DNA of 64,000 nt from an uncultured Gemmatimonadales bacterium (GTDB lineage: Bacteria > Gemmatimonadota > Gemmatimonadetes > Gemmatimonadales > GWC2-71-9): the NCBI GenBank assembly GCA_963748815.1, contig CAVVKJ010000014.1:139262-203261 (forward strand), given 5' to 3'. Positions 41,057 through 51,007 of this stretch are shown piece by piece. The position numbers were made by a program, and so were the translations under genes. The number at the start of each line of letters is the position of its first letter. Position 1 is the first letter of the stretch. The notes beneath the pieces were generated by a model. It ran no database searches. It was not told the DNA's origin and saw only the letters and a list, made by a program, of their open reading frames with translations.

Positions 41057-42619
41057 AGCGGGTCGGCCCCGTCCTCGAGGCGCTCGCTGGCCTCGTCGGC
41101 GGGCGGCTCCGCGCCTGGCGGTTCGACGGGCGCCGCGTTCGTGTGGTCGGGGGCGAGGATCCCGGCTGGTCGCCCGTGGTTCCGCGGGCGCCCGGCCTGG
41201 TCGCCCACGCCCACCGGCGTCGCCTGGTTCGACGCCGTGCCCGGCGTCGAAGGGGTCTGGTTCACGCTGGAGGACCTGTCGGAGGCCGACGCGCAGGCCG
41301 CGGCCGAGCGGCTTCGGCCGGTGCTGGGCACCCTGTTCCACACCGAGCGACGCGCCATCGAGATGGGCGCCGAGCTCGCCAACCGGTATGAGGAGATCGA
41401 CCTCCTCTACAGCATCAGCGAAATCCTCGGCCAGACGATCCACCTCGAAGAGGCGGCGCGGACCATCCTCCGGGAGGTCAGTGCCGTCGTCGCCGCCCGC
41501 CGCTCGTCCATCATGGTCTACGATGAAACCCTCGGCCGGCTCCGGGTCGTGGCCACCCGGGGGTTCCCGTCGCCCACCGAGGCGACCGTCCCGCCGACCG
41601 ACCCCGAGTCGGTCGCGGCCCGCGCGTTCCGCGAGCGACGGCTGGTCGAGAATCCCCCGGGAGCCGACGGCGTCGGCGGGCCGCGCGGCTACCGGGGCGG
41701 CGCCTATCTCTCCGTGCCGATCATCTACGCCGCGCCGGGCGGGGCCTCGCGCTGCGTCGGCGTCATCAACCTCACCGACCGCCTGGGCGCCGACGCCTTC
41801 GAGCCGGGACACCGCAAGCTCGTCACCGCCGTCGCCAACCAGGTCGGTGCCGCCGTCGAGAACGCCCGGCTCGTCGTCCGCGACCTCCAGCAGCAGCGGC
41901 TGCGGCGCGAACTGGAACTGGCGCACGACCTCCAGCTCAAGCTGATGCCGTCGCCCGCGGAACTCGCCGGCGACGCCGAGGTGGCGGCGCGCTGCCTCCC
42001 GGCGGAATCGGTCGGCGGCGACTTCTACACCTTCAACCGCTTCGGGCGCGGCCGGGTCGGCGTGATGCTCGGCGACGTCTCCTCGCACGGCTTCGGGGCG
42101 GCGCTCGTGATGGCGATGGTCATCGCGGCCGCGGGCATTCACGCCGGCGGTTCCGCGACGCCCGACGAGACGCTCGAGCGCCTCCTCGACAGCATCGAGG
42201 AGGACCTGGCGAGCACCGAGATGTACCTCACGGTGTTCTACGGCGTGCTCGATCCCCGCGCCGCCCAGCTCTCGTATGCCAGCGCGGGCCACCCGCACGC
42301 CTGGCGCATTCCCGCCACGGGGGCGGCCGAGCGCCTCGAGGCCACCGCGCCGCCCCTCGGCCTCGCCGCACGGGGGAACATCGAGTTGCGGCAGGTGCCC
42401 TGGGCCATGCACTCCGACCTGCTCTGCCTCTGCACCGACGGCCTCCTCGACGCGCGCGATCCGGAGGGGGAGGCGTTCGGCGAGGCCCGGCTCCTGGCAG
42501 GGATCGAGGCGCGGCGCGACCTCCCCCCCGAGGAGATGGTCGCCGCGCTGATCGCCGAGGTGAGCGCGTTCGCGCCGCATCCCGCGGACGACATCACCCT
42601 CCTGATCCTGCGGATCTGA
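41053..42619 (+). CDS. GAF + SpoIIE/PP2C phosphatase (RsbU-like). Start uncertain, frameshift near 41200
   Basis: GAF domain, VGGDFY, GDVSSHG, CTDGL, DDIT. Confidence 0.85.
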
Positions 42620-42622
42620 TCG

Positions 42623-43420
42623 GTGTCGAGACCGAAGCGCCGGCTGGGTCAGCATTTCCTGCACGACCCCCGCATCCTGAACCGGCTCGCCGAGGCGATC
42701 GGCGCCACGCCGGCCGATACCGTCCTCGAAATCGGGCCGGGGCCCGGCGGACTCACCGAGGCGCTGCTCCAGTATGCGGGGCGGGTGGTGGCCATCGAGA
42801 AGGACGCCGAGATCCTTCCGGCGCTCCGGCTCCGGGTGCCCGGCGCCACGGTGATCGAGGGAGACGCGCTGGACATGGACTGGACGGCGCTGGTGGGTGG
42901 TCCGGGGGGGCTGGTCACCGGCAACATTCCCTACAACATCACCTCGCTGCTCCTCGACAAGGCGTTGACGCCGCCACGCCCCCGCCGGATCGTCTTCCTG
43001 GTGCAGAAAGAGGTGGCGCTCCGGGTGGGTGCGGCGCCGGGCACGAAGGACTACGGTGCGCTCACCGTCGGCATCCAGGCGGTGGCGACGACCGCCGTGC
43101 TGTTCACCGTGCCGGCGGGCGCCTTCCATCCGGCGCCGAAGGTGGACAGCGCGGCGCTCCGGCTGGAGCCGCTGGCGAGCCCGCTCGTCGCCGACGACCA
43201 GGTGCGGAGTTTTCGCTCGGCCGTGGTCGGTCTCTTCAGCTTCCGCCGAAAGCAACTGTTGCGCGCCGTTCGGGAGCTGACGGGGTGGGACGCCGCGGCG
43301 GCCTCCCGCGTGGTGGAGGGTGCGGAGCTGGTGCCGACGGTCCGGCCGGAAATGCTCTCGCCGGCGGAGTTTCTCCGGCTGCACGCGCGACTCGTTGACG
43401 GTGGGTGGCGACCTGACTAG
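42623..43420 (+). CDS. rsmA: 16S rRNA dimethyladenosine transferase
   Basis: LGQHFL, LEIGPG, NIPYNI, QKEVA, PKVDS. Confidence 0.96.
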   Translation: MSRPKRRLGQHFLHDPRILNRLAEAIGATPADTVLEIGPGPGGLTEALLQYAGRVVAIEKDAEILPALRLRVPGATVIEGDALDMDWTALVGGPGGLVTGNIPYNITSLLLDKALTPPRPRRIVFLVQKEVALRVGAAPGTKDYGALTVGIQAVATTAVLFTVPAGAFHPAPKVDSAALRLEPLASPLVADDQVRSFRSAVVGLFSFRRKQLLRAVRELTGWDAAAASRVVEGAELVPTVRPEMLSPAEFLRLHARLVDGGWRPD

Positions 43421-43422
43421 CT

Positions 43423-43440
43423 TTGTGAAACATTTCACAA
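43423..43440. promoter_or_regulatory. Rex operator
   Basis: TTGTGAAACATTTCACAA matches TTGTGAA-N4-TTCACAA, 10 bp upstream of rex. Confidence 0.9.
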
Positions 43441-43450
43441 TGCTAGGTTC

Positions 43451-44074
43451 ATGCGGAAAATCGCCGATAGCACCGTCCGACGACTCTCGCTCTACCTCCG
43501 ATTCCTGGAGGAGTTCGAGGGGCAGGGCATCGAAACCATCAGTTCCGGGGCGCTCGCCGGTCGCGGGGGGACCACGTCCGCGCAGGTGCGGAAGGACCTC
43601 TCCTTCTTCGGGTCGTTCGGCAAGCGCGGACTCGGGTATTCCGTCCCGGAACTGGTGCAGGCGCTCCGTCAGATTCTCGGGCTCACGCGGCACTACCGCG
43701 TGGCGTTGATCGGCGCCGGGAAGATCGGGAGCGCCCTGGTGCAGAATCGCGGGTTCCGGCGGCGCGGCTTCGATTTCGTGGCGATCTTCGACCGCGACCC
43801 CGCCAAGATCGGGCAGACCCTCGGCGGCGTGCGCGTCGAGGACGTCGGGCATCTCGAGGCCAGCCTGGCCCGCAGTCCCGCCGACATTGCCGTCCTCGTC
43901 ACCCCGCCCGAAGTCGCGCAGTCGGTGGCGGACCGTCTCGTCGGGCTCGGCATCAAGTCCATCCTCAATTTCGCCCCGCTCCAGCTCGCGGTGCCCGCCG
44001 ATGTGACGGTCAAGACCGTCAACCTCGCGCTCGAGCTCGAGGCCCTGGCCTACCACCTGGCGAACCCGAACTAG
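43451..44074 (+). CDS. rex: Redox-sensing transcriptional repressor Rex
   Basis: TVRRLSLY, QVRKDLS.FG..G.RG.GY, GAGKIG, ILNFAP. Confidence 0.96.
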   Translation: MRKIADSTVRRLSLYLRFLEEFEGQGIETISSGALAGRGGTTSAQVRKDLSFFGSFGKRGLGYSVPELVQALRQILGLTRHYRVALIGAGKIGSALVQNRGFRRRGFDFVAIFDRDPAKIGQTLGGVRVEDVGHLEASLARSPADIAVLVTPPEVAQSVADRLVGLGIKSILNFAPLQLAVPADVTVKTVNLALELEALAYHLANPN

Positions 44075-44851
44075 GTGACCGGACTCACCGCCCATCCCGC
44101 CTCGACCCTGGCCGACCGCGCGCTGGCGTTGCTGGCGGCGGGACCGGCAGACGCGTCGGTGCTCGCGCGGGATGTCATGGGACTCGCCGCCGCGCCGCCG
44201 GCGGTGGCCGCCCGCCTGGCCGTCGCGCTCCTCGGCGCCGACCCGCGCGTCCGGCAGCTCGACGATGGCCGCTGGGCGCTGGCGGGGGGCGCGCACCAGT
44301 CCCCCGCGCTCGCGACCTGCACCTTCGCGGTGGTGGACGTCGAAACCACGGGGATGCGCGCCGCCGGGGACGACCGGATCACGGACATCGCCGTGGTCCT
44401 GGTGCAGGGTGACCGCACCGAGCTGGTCTTCGATTCGCTGATCAACCCCGGCTGCCCGATCTCGCCCCAGATTACCGCCCTCACCGGCATCGACGACGCG
44501 ATGGTCGCGGGCGCGCCGACCTTCGACATGGCCGCGGACGCGGTGCTCGCGGCGCTCGCCGGGCGGGTGTTCGTGGCGCACAACGTCCGCTTCGACTGGG
44601 GTTTCGTCGACGCTGAACTGCGCCGGAACCGCGGCCTCGCGCTCGATGGCCCCCGACTCTGCACCGTGAAGATGTCGCGCCGGCTCGTCCATGGCCTGAC
44701 CTCCCACGCCCTCGATCACGTCACCGCGCACTTCAACCTCGACAACGGCGCCCGGCACCGGGCCGCGGGGGACGCGCTGGTGACGGCGGAGATCCTGCGG
44801 CGGCTGCTGGCGATGGCCATGGATCAGGGCGCCACAACACTTGACGACTGA
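44075..44851 (+). CDS. DEDDh 3'-5' exonuclease (DnaQ-like)
   Basis: VDVETTG, AHNVRFD, HRAAGDA. Confidence 0.88.
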   Translation: MTGLTAHPASTLADRALALLAAGPADASVLARDVMGLAAAPPAVAARLAVALLGADPRVRQLDDGRWALAGGAHQSPALATCTFAVVDVETTGMRAAGDDRITDIAVVLVQGDRTELVFDSLINPGCPISPQITALTGIDDAMVAGAPTFDMAADAVLAALAGRVFVAHNVRFDWGFVDAELRRNRGLALDGPRLCTVKMSRRLVHGLTSHALDHVTAHFNLDNGARHRAAGDALVTAEILRRLLAMAMDQGATTLDD

Positions 44852-44963
44852 TCTTGCAATTGCCGGCGGCGGAACGCGGGGACGCGCGGTGACAGCCGTT
44901 CTGCTGCCCGCTGCCCCGCTGCCTCGCTCCCCGCTTCCCCGCTTCCCCGCCTATCTTTCATGC

Positions 44964-45869
44964 ATGCCCCTGACCCACTCCTTCTCCGTCGGCTCCCTCC
45001 GCTGCCACACCCTCGAGGCCGGCCTCCAGCGGCTCGACGGCGGCGCGATGTTCGGCGTCGTCCCCCGGACCCTCTGGACCCGGCGGATCGAGCCGGACGA
45101 TCGCAACCGCATTCCGCTCGCCATGCGGTGCGTGCTGGTGGAGCACCCCGACGGGCTGGTGCTGATCGACACCGGGCTGGGGAACAAGGAGGAGAAGAAG
45201 TTCCTCGACATCTACGGCGTCGAGAACGCCGGCAAGCCGGGTCCCACCTGCCTCGAGGACGCGCTCCGCGAGCTCGGCCACCGGCCGCGGGACATCGCCT
45301 GGGTCATCAACACCCACCTGCACTTCGACCACGCCGGCGGCAACACGACGGCGGAGGCGGTGCCGGGCGGGGGCCGCGACGTGAAGCTCACCTTTCCCAA
45401 GGCGACGTACGTCGTGCAGCGCGGGGAGCTGGCGTTTGCGCGGCACACCAACGAGCGGACCCGGGCCAGCTACCTGCCGCCCAACTTCGAACCGGTGGAC
45501 CGGGCGCGGAAGTGGAAGTTGATCGAGGGCGACACCGAGATTCTTCCCGGAATCGCCGCCCGGGTCACCCCGGGGCACGTGCCGTGGCACCAGTCCATCG
45601 TCCTCCATTCACAGGGGGAGACCGCCCTCTTCCTGGGGGACCTGGTCCCGACCGCCGCCCACCTTCCCCTGCCCTGGATCATGGGGTACGACCTGGAGCC
45701 CCTCCGGACCCTCGAGTCGAAGCGGGGCATCCTGGGCGAGGCGGTGGCCGGGGCGTGGCGGCTGATTTTCGAGCACGACCCGGTGATCGCGATGGGCCGG
45801 GCGGTGAAGGGGGCGGCCGGGGCCGACCTCGCCGACGAGGTGCGGGCCCCCACGTGGAGCCCCGCTTGA
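44964..45869 (+). CDS. MBL-fold metallo-hydrolase (YtnP-like)
   Basis: LDGGAMFG, THLHFDHAGG, MGYD, FEHDP. Confidence 0.92.
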   Translation: MPLTHSFSVGSLRCHTLEAGLQRLDGGAMFGVVPRTLWTRRIEPDDRNRIPLAMRCVLVEHPDGLVLIDTGLGNKEEKKFLDIYGVENAGKPGPTCLEDALRELGHRPRDIAWVINTHLHFDHAGGNTTAEAVPGGGRDVKLTFPKATYVVQRGELAFARHTNERTRASYLPPNFEPVDRARKWKLIEGDTEILPGIAARVTPGHVPWHQSIVLHSQGETALFLGDLVPTAAHLPLPWIMGYDLEPLRTLESKRGILGEAVAGAWRLIFEHDPVIAMGRAVKGAAGADLADEVRAPTWSPA

Positions 45870-45894
45870 CATAATCGGCTGTCCCGTCTAGACT
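45866..45894 (+). promoter_or_regulatory. sigma70 promoter of the infC operon
   Basis: TTGACA-17-TAGACT. Confidence 0.8.
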
Positions 45895-46004
45895 TTGGGC
45901 ACTTGAAGCGGGGGAGGATCCCCCCACCCTGAGCCCGGCAGCGCGCCGGCGTGACCGGGTCCCGAGGTCGTCATCCGGCAGGATTCTTCAGCCGTGGCGC
46001 ACGT

Positions 46005-46039
46005 GGACATCCGTCATCTCAGGATGTCCTTTTTCTTTT
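46005..46039 (+). terminator. Intrinsic terminator/attenuator in the infC leader
   Basis: GGACATCC-9nt-GGATGTCC followed by TTTTTCTTTT. Confidence 0.8.
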
Positions 46040-46058
46040 CCTGGCCGGAGGCGTTCCA

Positions 46059-46577
46059 CTGTCCACAGACCGCGACAAGCGCGTACGCGTCAACCGTCAG
46101 ATCCGGATCAGTCCGGTGCGGGTCATCACGGCAGAGGGGGAGCAGCTGGGCGTGCTTCCGATCGAGGAGGCGCTCGCCGCCGCCCAGGATCGGGGTCTCG
46201 ACCTGGTGGAAGTCGCACCGACCGCCCGGCCCCCGGTCGTCAAGATCATGGACTACGGGAAGTTCAAGTTCGAGGAAGCCAAGGCGGCGCGCGCGGCCAA
46301 GAAGAAGCAGCACGTGATTCAGCTGAAGGAAGTGAAGTACCGGCCCGGCATCGACGACCACGACTTTGATTTCAAGACCCGCCACGCCCGCGAATTCCTG
46401 GGCGACGGCAACAAGGTGAAGGTCACGCTGATGTTCCGGGGCCGCCAACTGGCCCACATCGACCTGGGCCGCGCGGTGCTCGACCGGGTCATCGCCGCCC
46501 TGGCGGACGTCGGCAAGGTCGAAATGGATGCGAAGCTCGAAGGCCGCAACATGACGATGGTGATCGCGCCCAAGTAA
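46059..46577 (+). CDS. infC: Translation initiation factor IF-3 (probable CTG start)
   Basis: RVNRQIR, LDLVEV, MDYGKFKFE. GGAGG lies 7 nt before CTG46059. Confidence 0.95.
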   Translation: MSTDRDKRVRVNRQIRISPVRVITAEGEQLGVLPIEEALAAAQDRGLDLVEVAPTARPPVVKIMDYGKFKFEEAKAARAAKKKQHVIQLKEVKYRPGIDDHDFDFKTRHAREFLGDGNKVKVTLMFRGRQLAHIDLGRAVLDRVIAALADVGKVEMDAKLEGRNMTMVIAPK

Positions 46578-46607
46578 CGGCGCATGATTTCGAAAGGGTA
46601 GCGCGTT

Positions 46608-46802
46608 ATGCCGAAGATGAAGACCAAGCGGGCCGCCATGAAGCGGTTCAAGAAGACGGGGTCGGGGAAGCTCAAGCGCTTCCACGCCAACCACAGTCAC
46701 ATTCTGACCAAGAAGAGCCGGAAGCGGAAGAACAAGCTGAAGAAGGTGGCCTACGTGAGTTCGGCCGACTTCCCACGCGTCAGCCGCCTCCTCCAGGCGT
46801 AA
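46608..46802 (+). CDS. rpmI: 50S ribosomal protein L35
   Basis: MPKMKT...[10 protein letters not shown]. Confidence 0.97.
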   Translation: MPKMKTKRAAMKRFKKTGSGKLKRFHANHSHILTKKSRKRKNKLKKVAYVSSADFPRVSRLLQA

Positions 46803-46812
46803 GGGAGATACC

Positions 46813-47196
46813 ATGCCTCGCGTAAAGAACGGTCCCGCGCATCACGCCCGGAAGAAGAAGATCATGAAGGCCGCCAAGGGTGGCTTTCAGTCGCGCAGCA
46901 AGCTGTACAAGGCCGCCAAGGAAAACGTCGAGCGCGGCCTGGCGTACGCCTACCGCGACCGGCGCAAGAAGAAGAGCGAGTTCCGCGCGCTCTGGATCAC
47001 GCGCATCAACGCCGCGGCCCGGCAGCACGGCCTCAGCTACAGCCGCTTCATGGACGCGCTCAAGCACGCCGGCGTCGAGGTGAACCGCAAGGTGCTCGCC
47101 GACCTGGCCGTCCGCGACGCCGACGCGTTTGCCGCCATCGCCGAGGTGGCGAAGGCGCACGTTGCCAAGGCCGAGGTGGCCAAGGCCGCCAGCTAA
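46813..47196 (+). CDS. rplT: 50S ribosomal protein L20
   Basis: [23 protein letters not shown]. Confidence 0.97.
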   Translation: MPRVKNGPAHHARKKKIMKAAKGGFQSRSKLYKAAKENVERGLAYAYRDRRKKKSEFRALWITRINAAARQHGLSYSRFMDALKHAGVEVNRKVLADLAVRDADAFAAIAEVAKAHVAKAEVAKAAS

Positions 47197-47290
47197 GCGC
47201 CGCGCTCCAGGGTTCGGTCGCGCGTGGGGCCGGTCGCCATGCGCGTCCGGCCCCACTGCCGTTTTCACTCCTGCTACCACCGGATTCGCA

Positions 47291-48355
47291 ATGGCCGAGT
47301 CCCACCCACAGTCGCTGCTGGACGCGCTCCGCCCCCGCCTCGCGGCGGTGCCGGAGCTCGACGCGGCCGCCCTCGAGGCGGAGCAGATTGCCGTGCTCGG
47401 ACGGAAGAGCGGGGCGCTGACCGCCCTGCTCCGGTCGCTGGCGGCGCTGCCGCCCGAGGAGCGGAAGGCGGTCGGCGCGGCGGCCAACGAGCTCCGCCAG
47501 GCGTTCGAGGCGGCGTTCGACGCCCGGGCGGCGGCCCTCGCCACCGAGTCCGGCCCGGCGGCCGCCGGGCTCGACCTCACCATGCCGGGCCGCCGGCGCT
47601 GGGTCGGCGCGGAGCATCCCGTCACCAAGGTGGTGAACGAGATCTGCGAGATCTTCCACGGCCTCGGCTTCAATCGGGCCGTGGGCCCCGAGGCCGAAAC
47701 CGAGTGGATGAACTTCGGCGCCCTGAACTTCCCCGCCGACCACCCCGCGATGGACATGCACGACACCTTCTACCTCGACGTGGGGGGCGACGCCCGCCCC
47801 GGCGACGGGAAGGCGGTGCTCCTGCGCACCCACACCTCGCCGGTGCAGGTCCGCACGATGATGGGCGGCCCGCCGCCCTATCGCGTCGTCATCCCCGGCG
47901 TCGTCTATCGCAAGGACCCCTTCGACCCCTCCCACGCGCCGGTCTTCGCCCAGATCGAGGGGCTGGCGGTGGACGAGGGCATCTCCTTCGTCGACCTGAA
48001 GGGCACGCTGCTCCACTTCGCCCGGCAGTTCTTCTCGCCGAGCACCAAGGTGCGCTTCCGGCCGTCGTTCTTCCCGTTCACCGAACCGTCGGCCGAGATG
48101 GACGTCTCCTGCTACCTCTGCGGCGGGAGCGGCTGTTCCGCCTGCAAGGGCACCGGCTGGATGGAAATTCTCGGCTGCGGCATGGTGCACCCCACGGTGC
48201 TCGAGAACTGCGGCGTCGACGCCGAGCGGTACACCGGGTTCGCCTTCGGGATGGGCCCGCAGCGCATCGCCATGCAACGCTACGGCGTGCCCGACATCCG
48301 GCTCCTCTACGAGGGCGACATGCGCTTCCTCGGCCAGATGGGACGGGCGCCGTGA
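47291..48355 (+). CDS. pheS: Phenylalanine--tRNA ligase alpha subunit
   Basis: HPAMDMHDTF, LRTHTS, FPFTEPS, GFAFGMG. Confidence 0.97.
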   Translation: MAESHPQSLLDALRPRLAAVPELDAAALEAEQIAVLGRKSGALTALLRSLAALPPEERKAVGAAANELRQAFEAAFDARAAALATESGPAAAGLDLTMPGRRRWVGAEHPVTKVVNEICEIFHGLGFNRAVGPEAETEWMNFGALNFPADHPAMDMHDTFYLDVGGDARPGDGKAVLLRTHTSPVQVRTMMGGPPPYRVVIPGVVYRKDPFDPSHAPVFAQIEGLAVDEGISFVDLKGTLLHFARQFFSPSTKVRFRPSFFPFTEPSAEMDVSCYLCGGSGCSACKGTGWMEILGCGMVHPTVLENCGVDAERYTGFAFGMGPQRIAMQRYGVPDIRLLYEGDMRFLGQMGRAP

Positions 48356-50727
48356 ACATCTCCCGCCGCTGGCTCGAGGCGTTTCTTCGCCGCCCCCTGG
48401 AGTCCTCCGACGTGGCGAGCCGGCTGGCGGCGCTCGGCGCCACGGTGGACGCCATCGAGGAATTGCATCCCGGGCTCGGACAGGTCGTGGTCGGGCTGGT
48501 CCGGGAGGCGCGTATGCATCCCAACGCCGACCGACTCCGCCTCTGCGAGGTGGACGATGGCAGCGGCACCACGCGACACGTGGTCTGCGGCGCGCCGAAC
48601 GTTGCGGCGGGAAAGAAGTATCCGTTTGCCCCTGTGGGGTCCACGCTGCCCGGGGGGCTGACCCTCGAGAGGCGGAAGATTCGCGGCGAAGTGTCCGAGG
48701 GAATGCTCTGCTCCGCCCGCGAACTCGGTCTCGGCCAGGAACACGACGGCATCCTCGAGCTCGCCACCGACGCCGCCCCGGGCACGCCATTCCTCGAGGT
48801 GCTCGACCTCGCCGACGACCGGCTGATTGTCGATGTCACCCCCAACCGTCCCGACCTGCTGGGCCACAAGGGCGTCGCCCGGGAGCTGGCCTTCTCGTTC
48901 GGCACCACCTTCCGGCTGCCGGCCGTCCCCGGCTCCGACGGCCCGACCATGCCGACTCCGATCCGCGCCGGCGCGGAGGCGACCACGGGCGGCGTGCGCG
49001 TCGCCATCGAGGATGCGGTGGGGTGCCCGCGCTTCCTCGCCGCCGTGCTTCGCGGCGTGCGCGTCGGCCCGTCGCCGGAGTGGCTCCGCGCCCGGGTCGA
49101 GGCAATCGGCATGCGGTCGATCAACAACGTGGTCGACGCCACCAACTGCGTCATGTTCGAGCTCAACCAGCCGATGCACGCGTACGACGTCGCCCGGCTC
49201 AAGGGGCCCGCCGTCATCGCGCGGCGCGCGCGGAGCGGCGAACGCCTCACCACGCTGGACGGCACCGATCGGGCGCTGGCCCCGTCGATGACGGTCATCG
49301 CCGACGCCGACGGCGCCATCGGCGTGGCGGGCGTCATGGGCGGCGCCGATTCAGAGGTCTCGCCGGAGACGACCGATCTCTTCCTCGAGTGCGCCTACTT
49401 CGCGCCGCAGGGCGTCCGGGCCACCCGGCGGCAGTTGGGTCTGAGCAGCGAGGCCTCCTACCGCTTCGAGCGGGGCGTAGACCTGTGGAACGGCCCCGAA
49501 GTCCTTCGCCGCGCGGTCGAACTCATTCAGGCCACCGCAGGCGGCGCGCTGGACGGCGAGCCGGTGGATCTCTTCCCGCAGGTCGTGCATCCACCGAGGA
49601 TCTTCCTCCGCCCCGCGCGGGTCGCCCAGGTGCTCGGTGTGGACGTGCCGTGGGACGCCATCGAGCGCTATCTCGTGGCGATCGGCGCCACGGTGGTGTC
49701 GAAGCCGGAAGACGGGCGCATCGCGGTCGACGTGCCGGGATGGCGGCCCGATCTTGTGGCGGAAATCGATCTCGTGGAGGAAGTGGCCCGCCTGCACGGG
49801 TACGACAACTTCCCGACCGAACTCCGGCCGTTCCGGGTCGGCGACCTGCCGAACGCCCCGTCGGAGGAGGCGGACGCCTCCATCCGGCGCGGCCTCGTGG
49901 CCGAGGGGCTCTTCGAGGTCCAGACGCTCCCGCTCGGGCCGGAAGATGGTGGCGAGAGCGTGCGCCTCCTGAACCCCCTCTCCGCGGAGGAGGGGTTCAT
50001 GCGGACCCGCCTCCTCCCCGGCCTGATCCGGCTGGTCGAGGGAAACTGGGCGGCGCACACCCGGGACGTCCGACTCTTCGAACTGGGCACAGTCTTCTTC
50101 CGTGCGGAGGCCGGGGCTCCCCCGCGGGAAGAGCGGCGGGTGGCGGGTGTCGTGACCGGCGCCCGGGAGCCGGCGCACTGGAGCGGGGCGGGGAAATCGG
50201 CCGACGCGGACCACTGGGATCTGCGGGCTCTCTTCGAAGCGGCGGTGGCTCTGGCGTATCCAGGTGCGGCGGTGCAAGTTGAAGGGGGCGAGTGGGTTGC
50301 CACGGTGAGTGGGGGCCAGATCGTGGGCCGGGCCAGGGCGCTGGAGGCCGATGCCCCGCCGTGGGCGGCCCCGGTGCTCGGATTCGAAGTGCGGATCGAC
50401 GCGACGCCCAGGACGACGCCCCTGTTTGTGCCCCTGCCGGTCAATCCAGCGGTGACCCGCGACCTCTCCCTGCTGGTTCCTGCGGGGGTCACGGCGATGG
50501 AACTCGGCGACGCGATCCGCCAGGCGGCGGGCCGCTTGATCGAGGCGGTGGTGGTGCTCGACGAATATCGGGGTTCGGGTGTGGCCGCCGGCCACCGCGG
50601 CCTGGCGTTCCGGCTTCGGTACCGGGCCCCCGACCGCACGCTGCGTGACCAGGAGGTGGATGCCTCGGTCACCAAGGTTCTCAAGGTCCTCCGGGAGCGG
50701 CATGGCATCGAACTACGAGCGTCCTGA
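48352..50727 (+). CDS. pheT: Phenylalanine--tRNA ligase beta subunit
   Basis: HPNADRL, CGAPN, TPNRPD, INNVVD, DLVEEVAR, C-terminal FDX-ACB. Confidence 0.96.
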   Translation: MNISRRWLEAFLRRPLESSDVASRLAALGATVDAIEELHPGLGQVVVGLVREARMHPNADRLRLCEVDDGSGTTRHVVCGAPNVAAGKKYPFAPVGSTLPGGLTLERRKIRGEVSEGMLCSARELGLGQEHDGILELATDAAPGTPFLEVLDLADDRLIVDVTPNRPDLLGHKGVARELAFSFGTTFRLPAVPGSDGPTMPTPIRAGAEATTGGVRVAIEDAVGCPRFLAAVLRGVRVGPSPEWLRARVEAIGMRSINNVVDATNCVMFELNQPMHAYDVARLKGPAVIARRARSGERLTTLDGTDRALAPSMTVIADADGAIGVAGVMGGADSEVSPETTDLFLECAYFAPQGVRATRRQLGLSSEASYRFERGVDLWNGPEVLRRAVELIQATAGGALDGEPVDLFPQVVHPPRIFLRPARVAQVLGVDVPWDAIERYLVAIGATVVSKPEDGRIAVDVPGWRPDLVAEIDLVEEVARLHGYDNFPTELRPFRVGDLPNAPSEEADASIRRGLVAEGLFEVQTLPLGPEDGGESVRLLNPLSAEEGFMRTRLLPGLIRLVEGNWAAHTRDVRLFELGTVFFRAEAGAPPREERRVAGVVTGAREPAHWSGAGKSADADHWDLRALFEAAVALAYPGAAVQVEGGEWVATVSGGQIVGRARALEADAPPWAAPVLGFEVRIDATPRTTPLFVPLPVNPAVTRDLSLLVPAGVTAMELGDAIRQAAGRLIEAVVVLDEYRGSGVAAGHRGLAFRLRYRAPDRTLRDQEVDASVTKVLKVLRERHGIELRAS

Positions 50728-51007
50728 CCTCGCGGCACTCGCCGAGCTGGAGCAGTTGCTCCGGCATCTCGGCGATGAGGTGGCGGGGTGGCGGCGCCGC
50801 ACGCTGAAGGCGGAGGGCGAGCTCCAGGAGGCGCGGAGCCGCGGCGGCGTGCTCGCCGGGCCGGAGCTGTTGCAGGCCCGGCAGCGGGTCATCGAGCTCG
50901 AGGTCGAAAACCAGGCGCTCCGCCAGCGCATCGAGGGCGCGCGGGCGCGGCTGCAGTCGTTGTCGTCGCGCCTGGCATTCCTGGAGACCGAGGAGGGGGC
51001 CGCGTGA
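50702..51007 (+). CDS. Coiled-coil protein (ZapB-like position)
   Basis: Coiled coil between pheT and zapA. Confidence 0.6.
   Translation: MASNYERPDLAALAELEQLLRHLGDEVAGWRRRTLKAEGELQEARSRGGVLAGPELLQARQRVIELEVENQALRQRIEGARARLQSLSSRLAFLETEEGAA

Noticed and set aside
40490..44758. Very long antisense ORFs (1422 aa here, also 9128-11893, 30931-33738 and others)
   Set aside because: Shadow frames of high-GC sense genes that have clear conserved motifs.
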